Counted from the first letter of the stretch, positions 1 through 14,400 are shown. The stretch is DNA of 64,000 bases from Perkinsus chesapeaki ATCC PRA-425 (GCA_013115145.1 JAAPAO010000070.1:28437-92436); one strand, 5' to 3'. A program made the numbers and translations. The notes: generated from the sequence alone by a model not told the origin.

Positions 1-2725
1 ACCCCCCCCCTTTCTTAACCCTTATCATCGCCATACTTACTTTCTGTATTGCTGCTATCAGTAACAACTACTGACATCATTCTCCTATTACTGGTAAATT
101 CCACAACATGTAATAAATTAACCTTCCATATAATATCCTCTTCTATTAATGCTATATCTATTCTATCTGGTGTTCTATCAATAAATCTTATACCAAAGTA
201 TCCAGCAGCTGATACTAGTGCACTCTCATCTGGTGATGTTCCTTGATACATCACATCACCCATGCCCTCAGCCTGCCCTTTACTATTATCGATTGATCTA
301 ACAATAGCCCTTCCCGACATATCCTCCTCCTGCTCCTCCTCTACCACCTCATCGGCGCCTCTATGAGCCCTCCGCTTGTATTTCTTAAATACACCAGTAA
401 GACAGCCAGCATTGGTAGTATTAGATGTATCCCTATCTGGATACTCAGGATCAGGCATACTAGGAGCTTGAGCTCTTTCACAGGTATGGTTAACCGATAG
501 TGCAAATAGGAAGTCATGTAATGTAGAATGGGGTCCTTCTTTAGATAGTGCTATCCTCATTATTTTAACTAGTTCATCCGAGCATGGTAAAACACCAGAG
601 AACTTAGGAGGGTTATCAAAAGGGCCAGCAGGAAGAAGAGGCCTTTGAGGAGGTATCGAGGAGGATGTAGAGCCTGATCCTCCTCCTCCTTCCCCTACTA
701 TATCTCCACCACCATTCGTCATCTCATGCTTATGTGATATCCCTATTTGTTTGAATTCAGTAGAGTAAAGGACACCACCAACAGCAGCTCCCTTAAACTC
801 CATTTTATTACAGGTTAATGTACCTGTCTTATCTGTAAATATATTAGTTATCATACCAAGTTCTTCATGTATAGACTTTGAATTACACCGAGCTGCCAAG
901 TTCCTAATAATAACTACTTTCGTGCCTTACCACTTAATGTACTACCTTTCTGGATCATACAGTCCATTATCCCACTCTATTAAGAATGCCTGTGCCACTC
1001 TAAGTACCTCCCCAGCTACCCATAATGATACTGGTATCAACGTATTCAGTAATACAAAATAACTCAAGTAGTTTACTATACGATTTTGAGATGATAATCC
1101 CACTAGATACCTATAAAGGCGACCTCCTATCCTTGAGTTGCAGCTTAAGTATGGATACTTACCATGGATAATCGAATGAACTAGGAGCTGGGAATATAGC
1201 GAATAGTCCAGTTGCTAATGCACATAATATAGCTTGTAATATAAATAATGTAAGAACATACTTATTCATAGCTATATCAACAGTACTACGTTTAGCTGGG
1301 CAAAATCCACCTAAAATACCACCACTACTATTACAGTTAGACTTAGGATACCATTATAGTATTACCATGATTGCTTATCATAAATCTAGATTCATGACCA
1401 GCATACACTACTACGCCTATAGCCCATGGTGTATTCTTAAGGGTACATCCTCTTAAGAGTCTACGGAAATATGGTATAATAAATTTTTTTCCTATTCTTA
1501 TTACAAATTATCCATGGTAAGGCCTTCTATAGTACCTTCATCTTCTGTATTACTTAGTGGTGATATTGACCCTTTAAACCTAATATGCTCCATAATATAC
1601 CTTAATGTAGGTGGTGTTATTACTTAATAAGATCAGCTGAAGGTGCTTCAAACTGCATAGACATGGTATTTATCAAGCCAGCTAATGGTTCATTATTTGC
1701 TATGTAACGAGTAGATTGTCGCTTTAAAAGATGATGCTCGTCATCTTGTTGATGGTCCTAAACCCAATATTATAACCTCTAAGCCGTACCCTCTTTATCA
1801 CCTCTGGTATACCATTGCCACCTTTAGGACTTCCTGTATAACCACCTGAAACAATACAACACTACATGAGGGCACGAATAGTCGTAATCCTCATGATGAT
1901 GAATGCCGATAGATCATCGCTGAATTATATACGCCTTAACTTTCTAATACCGTCCACCCTATATTACATCCCATATCAGTATTATCCCCCACGTTTTGTG
2001 TCGGTATTGTTTGAGCCCCCCATAATGGTCCAGCCCTCCTCTTCCTTCCCGACATAACATCCTTAACAGCCTTTGGTGCTTGCCTTGTCTTTAAATTAGT
2101 TTCACCATCAAGATTACTAGTCTCCATATATGCAACACATCCCCTTTTGGGATCCGACCCATGTGATGATAATAATAATACCATATCAGCTGGTGAAGGC
2201 TCCATCTCCCTCACCATTATAACATCCCCAGGGAACAGACTTGACCATTGAACCTTATCTATAGTACCATTGTCATTAACCCTTCTAGTTAATCCTCTAT
2301 TAGTCTCCTTATCTCTATTATATGCTAACCATTCTTCAACAAATTCCCGAGCTATCGATACGATAAGTACAAATGCTAATGGTAATATAGCAGCTATAGG
2401 ATTAAGTGATCCTACATCAGGTAGGCTAACTACTATAGCACCCAAAAGGAAATAACAATTGGCTAATCTACGAAACTGGAATAGCAATGATAATGGGCCA
2501 AATGTCCACCAGCTATAACGTCTAGTAGATACTGAATTACCATTATATAAGTGACATGGTGTACCTAATAATAATATTAATATTTATATATACTAAAAAC
2601 CTACCAATAGTAACAGTTCTGAAATGTTGTTGTAATATACTAGCTTTCCTGGAACCAACAGTACCAATGTTAAAGTACTGTTTGATATTATCAATGGTAT
2701 CCTTACAATACTGCCATAACTTCAT
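1..2725 (-). CDS. P4-type ATPase (phospholipid flippase), multi-exon, 3' part runs off the left edge of the window
   Basis: Spliced translation gives GNSVSTRRYSWWTFGPLSLLFQFRRLANCYFL, a METSNLDGETNLK actuator motif, the DKTGTLT phosphorylation motif, and YQGTSPDESALVSAA and EFTSNRRMMSVV, all typical of P4-ATPases. Start placed at MKLWQY (2725). Confidence 0.93.
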
Positions 2726-3093
2726 TATACTAACATATACTACCATACAAAGATTCAAGCGTTTAGATTGGTAGACGACCTTGTCCGTGACGCTCCATGC
2801 GCCACGCTGCCTATTGAAGCTAAGCCAGTCTGTCCCCAACTCAACACTTCTATGTCTTTCACCCGAGTCGCACCCACCTACTGCGTTCCCCGTCAACATC
2901 ATCAATCCTACAAGCGCTCTCAATATAAAATGATGTAAAAATGAACGCGCCAAGGATAGAACCTGCGTTGATCGTTGAGACATAAAAAAAGCACAATACT
3001 CGTCTTAGAGACATCCTATTACGTCCTGCCTGGCGTTCCGTTAGATTACCTACCACATTATATGATATTTATCCAACAGTATTTTAAGTTTGT

Positions 3094-3774
3094 ATGATAT
3101 TCTACGCAGTACTCTATAGTTGGCCTTATATAGGACTATTCATTACTATATGTGCACTTGTATGTGTTACAGTATACATGGTAATAATAATAAAGGGTGG
3201 TGGTTATATAGGAGGATGATATTATGTTGTATTATTGTTTAGCTGGGTGAGTTTGGTGATCTTGAAAGTGACTATACAAACCCTGTAGACTTCTGTAATA
3301 CAGCTAATCAGGTAGTAATGATACAGATAATGTTATTAGAAAACTAAAAATATCAGATATCTCGGTATGAGTTTGCTTTAATAGCTACATCATCGATATT
3401 ATTATTATGTTCCTTTGATTGGATTGGTTTACTTATATTCATACCGTTTGCTGCTATAATGTTATGGCAATACTATACAAGAAGGTACTAACAACGTTAA
3501 CACTATAGTAGTAGATATTTGATAATAACATTATAATGGTCAGTTACTTATTAGAGAGTACATTATTATTTAAAGGCAATAAACTAGACCATCATAAGAA
3601 CTGGTAGTAATAAAATACAACTCGTACATAGTCGATAATGTGTTTATATTTAGGAGTGCCTTCCGTCTTGTATTCTATGTAGTATTCTTTGTATATATGG
3701 TATTTAGATTGATTCAATCTATTGTTGAACATGGTGTTGATTCCAAATATACCTTAGTGCCTTATCATCATTAA
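3094..3774 (+). CDS. CNIH: Cornichon/Erv14 family ER cargo receptor, multi-exon
   Basis: Manual splicing gives MIFYAVLYSWPYIGLFITICALVCVTVYM|LGEFGDLESDYTNPVDFCNTANQ and a C-terminal LVFYVVFFVYMVFRLI. This matches the cornichon DLExDYxNPxDxC motif and its 3-TM layout. Confidence 0.85.
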
Positions 3775-4840
3775 TATTATTATTAAATGCTCCTGCTGCT
3801 CGCCCGCCTGCTGCTGCCCTATTGTTCATACATCTGTATAGTATTGAGTTGTTATGATTAGTAATTAGAATAGTTTATTGTTGAAGACGATAAGCTAATA
3901 AGAGTTTCACTATAGCATACTACCTACTATGGGCAAATAGGATGAACCTAGCTCGATCCCGAAGCTACTAGATAAACTCTTACGCTTGTTGGATGTGGTC
4001 ATGACTTGCAGCAATACAGTCTACTTCACCTTTTACCATCCAAGCTTGACAAGTGAACGCATATGTTTGACACATTCTTAGATGTTGCCTTCAAGATTGC
4101 CTTTGCTACATTCTGCCAGTTTTGACACTCCACTTTGTCAACATATTCAGTAATCAGTATTCGAGTCGATCTTATTGATAAAATATCGGTTTTGTTATTT
4201 ACTCATGATGCTATTTAACAACCTCCTGTTGCTCATCACCTTAGACCTACTGGTAACCACATGTGTTGCCGAATTCGCCAAGTACGAACAAGAATAATAA
4301 TAATTACCACCAGGGTCGTAAAGTACACATATGGTTCAAGCTTATGATACCACCACCACCACGTGAAATGGTCATTGTGGATTCATGTGGGCTCCCAGTC
4401 TGGGTCATCCTGACTGGTGGTAATTAAACATCGGCAATAAAGGCGACTGCCAGCGTAGGTGAATGAGTTACCTTATAGCCTTAGATGAGTTATGAGGGAG
4501 GAGCGGAGGCAAAGAGATAACAACACCGCGCGATTATGCAACACGCAAGTTGTTTGTCCAGTATTTTGGCACGCGCATCGAAACACAATCCTACTACACC
4601 ATATCAACACCATAATTTGCACCTGTTCGACGAACAGTGTACGCATTTCTGTCAGAAGGTATGCGTTTATAGAGGTTTCCCAATCGTTGAGGATGTCATC
4701 GTAACCCTTTAAGGATTATCGATATTGAATGTGCACTACTGAGGAGGGTGAAACTAATGGTATATGCCAATTCTACTAATTAGAGTATATCCCGGCTCTT
4801 CAAATGCGTCGATGTTAGCATTGGCATAACCCATATTGTT

Positions 4841-4857
4841 ACTAACAATTTGTTAGT
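4841..4857. repeat. Perfect 8-1-8 palindrome ACTAACAA-T-TTGTTAGT
   Basis: Read directly from the sequence. The same arms recur at 52060-52076. Confidence 0.95.
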
Positions 4858-5123
4858 TCTCTTTTTGGCCCTTTGGTGAGCCTTCGGGGCCTATTCTAAC
4901 GGTGACGTGACGTAGATTGGGACATCATGATAATAGCACATTGGTAGCCACAACAGGCAGAGCAACATCATCGAAAGCACACATTGCGTGATATTCCCAG
5001 ACTCGTATACACATTAGATTTCACTTCACGCCCATCAGTTCTATCTCATGCGATATTGAGGAAGCGAAGTGCGGGAAGAGTAGTGAGTTTAAGGATTCAG
5101 CTGAACTACCCAATAGTAGGAAT

Positions 5124-5172
5124 CCTTGCCAAGGGACATCCTGTCCCTGCCTGTCCTGTCCCAGTGGGACAG
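5124..5172. repeat. Cluster of short inverted repeats (CCTTG-C-CAAGG; GGGACA-TCC-TGTCCC; CTGTCCCA-G-TGGGACAG)
   Basis: Read directly from the sequence. Confidence 0.9.
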
Positions 5173-5709
5173 ACGTAACGAAGGCAAAGCAGTCTTTGAA
5201 GTATTAGTCAGAAATCGCCAAGTGTAAGGGGACTCCTTTGACGCAGTTTATATGCCATATTAAGCAGTTATTAGGGATATCCAATATAACACTGAGCCAT
5301 ACTGAGACACCATTTCCCACTGAGAGGCTTCTCCTTACCGAGGACAGCACGCATGTGATTGTGACAGGAAGACTAATAATTACGTAGCTATGGGAAAATA
5401 AAATTATTAGCTCTAAGCTTATATGAAACAACCAGTATTGCTGTTGTCGTTGTGGCAGCCCAGACTTTATATCGCGGGTCTAGCAGTAAAAGGCTGGGTA
5501 TTAAACTGTTTCCTTTCTACAATGATGGCAGGGCCACATAACTTCTGTCGTTCATTCCTGTATGCGATATTGGTTATAGTTAGCTGAACAACATGCATTT
5601 GCTTAACAACTTTCACCTTTCAACTGTACCCGAATTGTATATCAACAGGTTCATGAATACTTTCATTCATTTTTATTTCATTAATTTTCGTTCAGTGTTA
5701 GTTATCCAT

Positions 5710-6141
5710 ATGATTTCCGTTATTGTTATTATTGGAATTCTATGCAGTTTGGTTACTGGAAAACTCCAAGGTGGTGGTTATCGTGGCGTTCCATTACCAC
5801 AGGGCAAATTCGGAGGTCGTATTCCACCAGATACACTAACGGAGCTTTCAGTCGAATGGGTACCGGCTAAAACCCCTGTAGTCATTCTAGGCGTGGCCTG
5901 TGAGTTTACGAGTAGGTTTTCGTTTCGCCTGCGCTACACCGAGGATAACATCTTGAATAAGTTCTGGATCAGTGAAAACAGTAAACATGACCTTGAGTCC
6001 TTTCTGGCCGATGTTGAGATGTCAACAACCTGCGACGTCAAGCCTGGCAATGGTGCTCTACAAGTTCTGGAATACAACGATAATCTGGATGTGATGAATA
6101 TTATTTATGGAGGCAGAGATGTTACTCTTGATCGAGGTTAG
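5710..6141 (+). CDS. Single-exon lineage-specific putative secreted protein (~143 aa)
   Basis: Signal-peptide-like MISVIVIIGILCSLVTG followed by a G-x-Y motif (GGGYRG). The ORF is open and intronless and ends LEYNDNLDVMNIIYGGRDVTLDRG. Confidence 0.7.
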   Translation: MISVIVIIGILCSLVTGKLQGGGYRGVPLPQGKFGGRIPPDTLTELSVEWVPAKTPVVILGVACEFTSRFSFRLRYTEDNILNKFWISENSKHDLESFLADVEMSTTCDVKPGNGALQVLEYNDNLDVMNIIYGGRDVTLDRG

Positions 6142-6997
6142 AAAGCTAGTGTGTGGAAGGCTGGAGAGCCATGTGCCTCAGCCGTAATACTGCAGTCATT
6201 GTGATGCCTCTGGGCGATACCTTCCCTCCACAATCCACAACATGGTCAATCTCTGACTGTCAAAACCTTTCCAATAGTATTGTCACTTGATGGCTTTTCA
6301 TAATATCACATTAGTCTTCGTCACGTTTTCATTATTGATAACTATCGTTGAGTTTCCGTGAGTTTATAACCCCTATAAACTGAGGACCCGTGAAAAGAAT
6401 ACAGTCAAGCTAAGGGAGATGAACTTCGAGTAGCACTCTTGGACCAAGAGGCTGATTGACCTTCTGGTTTCAACAGTGTGCATCATCCGACTGAGGGCCC
6501 GCGAGAACATGGCGACTCTAACATGATCCTCAGTAACTCGGACAAATCGTCACCTTTACAAGTTCCAGCTTCCTCGCAGCAATGAAGACTCTATGGCCCT
6601 TATGAGCATGAATCATAGACTCGCGCAGTCCACTGTAAGCGTAAAGCGAAGAAGTGACGATGAGCATAGAAGCCCACTGAGCCGCGTTAGCGGCACTAGA
6701 CAACCGCATCGCACGAGCACACATACGAGTATTTCCATGGATCAGGATGAGGTTGAGAAAAACCAGTGTCCACTGGTCTATGCTATCCTCGTTTTATTGT
6801 CGAAATGCTGCCGCTGAGGTAAGCCGGACTGCACGCGTATATATACATTACCACACTAATATTCCCACTTACTACTGAACACTAGTCATGTAGCAACAAT
6901 TGCTATACTAGAAAATGTTAACAATACTTCTACAGGTTACGACGATGGTTACTGTCATCTCTTTCAAGAACTATCACTATGCTCCAAATGATGGCAC

Positions 6998-8276
6998 TCA
7001 TGATCGTATTTGTTCCCATGGATGATGATTATATGACATATTTGCCGTACTATCATGAGTTGTCATATGGGGCGGCGGCAGCGGAGGCGGTGATATGGGG
7101 GATGAGGTAGCAGTAGAATGTTGCTTTGGTAGTGATGATGATGATGCCAACGGGGATGGTGTAGCTGTTGATGGTGTCTGTTTCGATAGCAATGCCTTTG
7201 CTCGTAGACCCAATACAAGTTCACATTCTGACCCCAGACGGACCTCGGCTAAGGGCGGCAATGCCCCTAATGGCTCCAAACCGGGTACATTAATGGCTTG
7301 AAGTACCTGTTAACCACAGCAACAGAGTCATATACATATAGCACCAGCAACTACTGGTTTTATTATTTTAATTACTTGGAATAAGTTTTGTATACCACCC
7401 TTCACTTTATTTAATTCAGTAACAGCTCTTAATACACCATCAGTTAATAACCTATGATGGCTTGTATATGGTGTATCTGCTGCTGTTCCATTAGGTCTTT
7501 TCTGATACTCTATTGGTATCTGACAATAATAATATTATCAAATAGCGAGACTTACATATTTATTCTTACTTGTTTATCATGTTGCTTTAAAAGCTTTCTC
7601 ATACCAGCAACATTAATATCTATATATGCAAGTAGTTTATTAGCCTCCTGTGTAACAGTTTCTAATTCATGGGCTAAATCCATACCAAGAGATAAGGATG
7701 CAGAAAATATCATAGTTAATTGGGAATAAGCAGCACACTGTATAAGGTAACCATTAAGAGAACGTCCAAGTTGTGACATAACTACACATACCTAAAATAT
7801 AGGCTGATGATGATGAGGATTAGGTGATATATATGGTGTTGGTAATACCTGAGTCAATGTAGATACTAGATTAGCATTAGGCAGCTGATTATCTTGATCT
7901 AATATACCAGCTTGTTGTGCTCTTAAAACTAATGCAGCAACACCATGAGCTAATGTCTCCTGTTTGGTACCAATATACGTAAGCATTGCATCTAGATCAG
8001 CATCTAGAGTTGCATAAAAATGGCCATCCATTATACGAATTGTCTGAGAGATTATTTTGATTAGTTGTAATTACTATAATAAGTACTTACCTCTTTACTT
8101 GAAGCAATCTGCTGTTGTGTTTTAGTGGTATTAGATATATCGTCATTCATATCATCCAATGCACGTATCTCCCGAACTTGCCTACTAAGTATCTCTTTTA
8201 GATGCTTATGTGATATAAACGGTGCATCTTCTGTATCGTTTTGTAGTGCCAATGCAAGTTTACGACCAAACCTCAT
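6998..8276 (-). CDS. SPX-domain protein (phosphate/inositol pyrophosphate sensing), multi-exon, 3' end uncertain
   Basis: N-terminal MRFGRKLALALQNDTEDAPFISHKHLKEIL matches SPX MKFGK...YxxLKKxI. The later LAYIDINVAGMRKLLKQHDKQV matches the SPX NxxGFxKIxKKxDK motif. Confidence 0.85.
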
Positions 8277-8487
8277 AGAAACAACAACACTTGCGCCACG
8301 ACCACCACCTAACTGACAAGCAGCATCAGCAGCAAGGAGACATCATCATCATTATCAGGAGGGAGAGGCAGCAGCAGTTAACGCAATACTGTCATCAGAT
8401 ATTGCGGAGAAACTTCATGGAGTGATGCTGCTGTTATTTGAATTAAGATGGCAATAATAATAGTGATGTCTTTGTTGTTGTTGGTTG

Positions 8488-11400
8488 TCATCTGAGTTGT
8501 AACCATTTGTTGAGGCATCTGCTAGCCCTTCGAGCTCTTAAGAAATCATCAGCTTCAGGCTGTAGACCAATCCATTGTGGTGTCGGTTTCCCTTCAAATA
8601 ATTTCGGTATTAAATTAACAAAATCATCTCGTTTTCGAGCATCAGGTAAACGTAGTAGGAATACCTAAATATACCAATCAAGACACTTGGGCGGCACCAC
8701 GCAGTCAGTCCCCGATCAGAACCACACCTCAGAACAACCCGAAGTATCGTCATTTGAGCATAGCGAGCCAGGATTGAGGACAAAGTCCTTTTTAAATGCT
8801 TTTGATGAAAAGATATGTTCAACAATATCTATAAGGGCCTGTCGATCTGTATCATTATCCAGTCGCCCACCATACCTTGAAGATGACAGGATGATGAACA
8901 AGACAATAAACAAAATAGCTTATTTCCTACACTACGTCTACTAGAGTTGTCCTTATAGCATCCCAGGGTATCTTAGCAGGATCTATGTTCATAAGCTCTC
9001 TAGATGATGATGAAGAAAAAGAAGAAGAAGCTGTGGTGGTGGTAGTTGTTGTTGCTTCTATTGTATCATTCAGCCATCTAAACGTATGCATTAACGGTAG
9101 TATATGGTATTAAGATATATCACTTATCAGTGAGTTCGACAGCACAAGATAGATCAGCCTCGCAGAAATCAAACTCTTTACTCCATCCAACAGGTGCATA
9201 TCTATAATGAGAAGATATGATATATTACTGATGGATGATGATGATATGTCGTAATTACCTGACCCTCTCCAATACAATAGCATGTAACCATGCCAACAAG
9301 AAGTAAAGGCGATTGCGCTCCACTGGCCCTCGTTGACATCTTTCAGGAACTAATACCTGATACATAATATAGGGGGGCGCACAGCTGAGAGTAGAGGTAG
9401 GATGATGATGTTACTTCAGCGTAGCTACGTTGTAATGAGGGTTTAACTCCAGTTGGAGCCTCAAACATAAGTATCCTTGCTGATTTCATTAATGTCTCTG
9501 GTAATGACTGACCAATACATGCAGCAATATCTATTGTTATGAATAGCTTAAATGAGGATGATGATGATGAAGTCTGAGGCAACTTCCTATCCATTGTACG
9601 GAAGTATGGTAGACAAAGATGCATATTGGTTAGTAGAGCCCATCGACCCTAATAATAAGGTAATATTTATATAACTACCCTACTTGTTGTTGTTGTTGTA
9701 TACCTGTTGTTTAGAAGCCACTGTAATAGCCCTATCTGCTAGAGTATAACCCTCTGATGATCCCATAGCAACACTCTCTATCTGTACACCCATCCTCTCA
9801 GCTAGATCAACAATACGTAGGGATGGATCAAATCCAGGAGTGCATGCCAAGATATATAGGCAAGTATGAGGCTAAAGAGAAAAGAAGGAAAAGGAGGAGG
9901 AGGAGGAGACATGTAAGGTAGTAAATAATATGATACTTACCATTGTAGTGCTTGGCATTATAAGATCCTGTAATGATGGTGTATTAATTGTTGTTAATGG
10001 TGGATCTAACCCTAATTGTACATCAATATATCGTTCCAGATATCCATCTAATATATCAGGTCTCATCCATCTACATATGATAACATCCTCCAATGCAGCT
10101 AATACTGGCCCCTTCTTCTTTTGTCGTTCCTTCTGCCACTGTATTGGTATATCACATGCATCTCCTTCATCTGTACTGTTAGTTAGGAACATAGCCCACT
10201 CCTTAGAGTGTGCTTTCATACTAGACTTTAGTGCTGATACGAAGGACTCCAAGACACCGTCACCAGAGGCTGCCGCCATAGAGAGTAACCGAGCAACAAG
10301 GTCCTTATTATCAGTGCTGATGTTCATAGCATTGACATAATCCGGTACTGTTGTTGCCGTTGCTGTTATAGTATGATTATCATCGTTATCATAATCCTCC
10401 TGTATGGATAACAGTTTTATATACTCAGTTGCTGGTGTGGCTGTAGCTGATGATGCATCATCAGTTGACATGCTACATCCTATCTCAGCTATACGTAATA
10501 GGAATATCAACCGATCAGCAGCCAGTAGGCCAGCCCCAATATACTCATATACAATATTAACTAGCCTGTGCCAAATTGATTGCAGACGAGTGATTGCATC
10601 ACCGCTGACGACTGATTGGCCTCCTACTCCTCCGGTTGTTGTTTTGTTGTGTAATACTGAGGTGTACAAATCCAAGTAGCGTACCAGACCAAATTGATAT
10701 AGATTTGATAGAGTTGATAAATGTTGTATAACAAAGTATAGATCTGCTGCAGATTGTGATAATGGTATGTATATAGATGATACCATATTGATCTCACGTA
10801 GGTTATCATCAGCTTTATTAGCCTCTTCAGCCACCTAACATAATAATAAAGTAGTAGCCTACTACTTTATTGTACAGTACGCGCAATACTACTACTACTA
10901 CTTACCTCAGCAGCTTCACATTTAAGTGTCTCTAGAGTGGTAACAATAGCCTCATCTTCTAGTATACTACCACTTATATTAGATAATGCATGTAATAGAC
11001 TATCCTCCAATTCACGTATACGTACCTATTAAACACCAGTTAATCACACCAGCAGCAGCAGCGCGCTAAGGTCAATGGGGTACCTTAAACTCTCCTTGTA
11101 GCTTTAATGCTTTAACACGTTTCTCTTCAACATCTGGTCTCTCTATCTTCAGTAAGGCATGTAGACATTGTGCTCGAAGTGACTCTCGTGTAACATTAAA
11201 ATTAACCATGGTAACCCTAGATGCTACATCAGGTGTAAAGGTTAATGATGCATCTCTTGTAGTCATATACCTGATGGACACTATAATCATTTTAAGGATC
11301 CCTATGAAAATTAGTACATAGCAAAAGTAGAAGAATAATCAATATCAACATCACCAACAGTTATAAGTGTACGTCCACCTTTCTTGAATAACTCTCTATT

Positions 11401-14400
11401 TAATACCTAATACCATCCTCACTTCCTAGACTATTAGACTACAGCAGTCTCAACTTACAGAGTTTAATATAGGATCAACCTTCTCTACATCAGTTACCAA
11501 TAATACAGTACCAAACCGTAATGCAGCTTCAAGATGTTTAGTAAAAGCTGGATCAGTGAAGGATGTAACCTTTAGTTTACCAGATGATCTTGATGATGAT
11601 GACACTGTTGTATGCTCATTTTGTAGGAATGTTATCGCTTGACCTGATGGGTCTACTATCATTGGATAACGTATGTATCTAGAACAGACAACTGCTACTG
11701 CTGCTGGGATGAGGGTGATGATGTAGTAAATATTAGTATAATACTACTACTACTTATCAATAATAATAGCATTCTGTATTGATAGATCATCATTAGGTAA
11801 TTGATTAGCTACCCATGATAGACGTTGACCTGGCTTCGACAGGTATTCAATAAGAGATATATTATTATTAATCTGGATATAATAACAAATTAATATTACT
11901 TTGTATATATAATGAATTACCTTAGCAGTTCCATTGGATGATGACTGGAAAACATGTAACCATTGTTGATGTAGCTCTTGTCTATGCACATGTTCACAGA
12001 ATCCACTATATGTACAGAACGCTGCACCAATAACAGTATCACCTATTATACTACCTGAAAATAATAAGTAACTAGTCTCCCCTCCCCCCTCCCCAACCCT
12101 ACCCGACTGAGCTTTATATGTCTCCTTTTGTATTTCCCATCTTTCCTTCTCAGATGCTAATGATGCCAATAAATCAGATGACCTACTGGTGCTGTTAGTA
12201 CCTCTATACTAACATAGTTATTACCTTTTACACATAGATGATACCTCTTCCATCTCGCTACGTATACTTTGCCCTTCACTTATTAGCTGAGCATATTCTT
12301 CTTTATATTGTTCTATCTCTGACTCTAACTTCTCCAGTAATTCACTATTAGCTTTCAATTTGCCATTACTAACCTACACCCCCACAACCATTTTATACAT
12401 TAATAGCAGTACCACATCATTACCTTCTGTTGTGCCTCTAATTCGGCTACCTCTGCCCTCAATGGTCCAATACTTTGTAGCATTTTACCATAACTAATCT
12501 GACTCATAACCCATTGTGCTAGTGGACCAGCTGCCCTTGATGCACGCTCTATTCTATCCATATCCCAGGCAGATGATTTAAGATACCTATAGATGCCTAA
12601 TAATACTATTAAACCGCTTTATTACCCTTCAACACGTTCTCTAGCAGCTACACTTAGTGCATCAGTATTAAATTGTAATACAGTTACCATAAGCTGTGGA
12701 TCCTTTAACTCCTTTCTAATATGATCCCAAGTTAGCTCTACACCGGGGCCATAGTTCCTGATATTGATATACTATATAATCCATAGCACTATAACACTAC
12801 TACTACTACCTTATTAAACACACTACAGCCTCCAATGTTATCTTAACTGGTGCAGGTGGATTAGGTAATGATCTCATCTCATCAACTTGCTTCCTTTGTA
12901 TAGCTTGTACTAATTGCCTTGCATGATTTAAAGCAGGTTCAACTTCAGCTAACTCCCTAGCAACTTCATCTTGCCTTGATGCAGCCTACCATAATAATAT
13001 TAATACAACCCTGGCCCACAGTTACTACCAATTGATGATCCTTATTCAACTGTTCTCTAAGTAACTGACTTTCCCTCTTCTTTTGTTCAGCTTCACTCTG
13101 CCCCTTTATCATTTGTGCCATCTTACTCTCAGCTTGCTTATTCTTTTCAGCAAGTAACTCGGACTTATGAGATAATTGTGTCTACATTGTAATCATCATT
13201 ACATCATCATCTTCAACTACCCTCAATCATCACCTTCATTTCAGCCACCTGCTCTCTAGTCTGATGTAACTTCTCCAAGCCTAGGTTTAAATGTCGTTGT
13301 TGCTCTGCCCACTCAGCCCGTTTAGCAGTGTACAATGACTCAAAGTGCCTCAAAAAGTCCATGTAATCCCTAGGGGTTATATAAGCAAATCTTTTGCCCA
13401 TATCTCTCAATGAGTTATGTAGGTTAACAACACTCTCATGTATACATACCATACTACTAGCAACTGATGCTGCCTGAAAACAGTATTAGATAGAACAACA
13501 ACAATGGTGGTGGTGTAATTGCTAGTAAGGCATTACCCTCTCTTCGACATCAGGAGGAGGTGCAGCGCCTTTACCGTACTGGAAACAGTATTGAGGTAAG
13601 TCTAGATTAGTAAGGGTATCATGAGCTATTTGTAGTAGAGCATCTGTTGGCCAATCACCAACCCAGTTAACAACACATCTGTTAAATAATGCTGGTGATG
13701 TTGCTTTACGATTATGGAAGTCTGGGTTAGCTGGGTTCATAGTAAATACTATATGAAGGTTACGTTGGACCTAAAAACAAACTACGTTCATCATATTTAT
13801 CACAAATGTGGAATAATCCTTTGTAACAGATAATATAACAATAAACTCACCTGCTTAGTAAAGTTGGTAAATAGCTCATTAGCATCATCATCATCAGTTG
13901 TAGCGTCCTTAGCCATAGTAGTATTGCTACTACCACCTTCAGTAGTAGCAACAGCAGCACGACACTCATGTATTAGATTCTGATATTCATCACCTTCGAA
14001 TAGCCCAGGGACCTAATAAAGGTAGTCTAAGGTGCTAATAACATGCTGCTGCTGTTGGTGGTAGTAGGTAGTACCTCTCCTCCAGCTAATAAGGCATTCA
14101 TCCTCTCTAGGAATGCAGGACCAAGGACATTTGACTCATCGAATATGAAACATATCTTTTCACCCTTTACACCAGCACGTTTCATAACATTACGAAGATC
14201 AACCTCAAATGAGTGTATATCGTATGACTTGCCAATCTGGAGTCAATTAATAAGGTGACAATCTCCTTATAATAAATGTGATAACGCACCTACCTTTAAC
14301 TGAAAGATAGATAAACCATTCATCCAACTAACAAACTTAGATAGGACTGTTTTACCAACACCACTAGCACCAACAAGTAACATATGACCTAATGATGATG

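Noticed and set aside
3930-4704. Possible gene between cornichon and the first palindrome cluster
   Set aside because: Only short frames with early stops, and no family signal.
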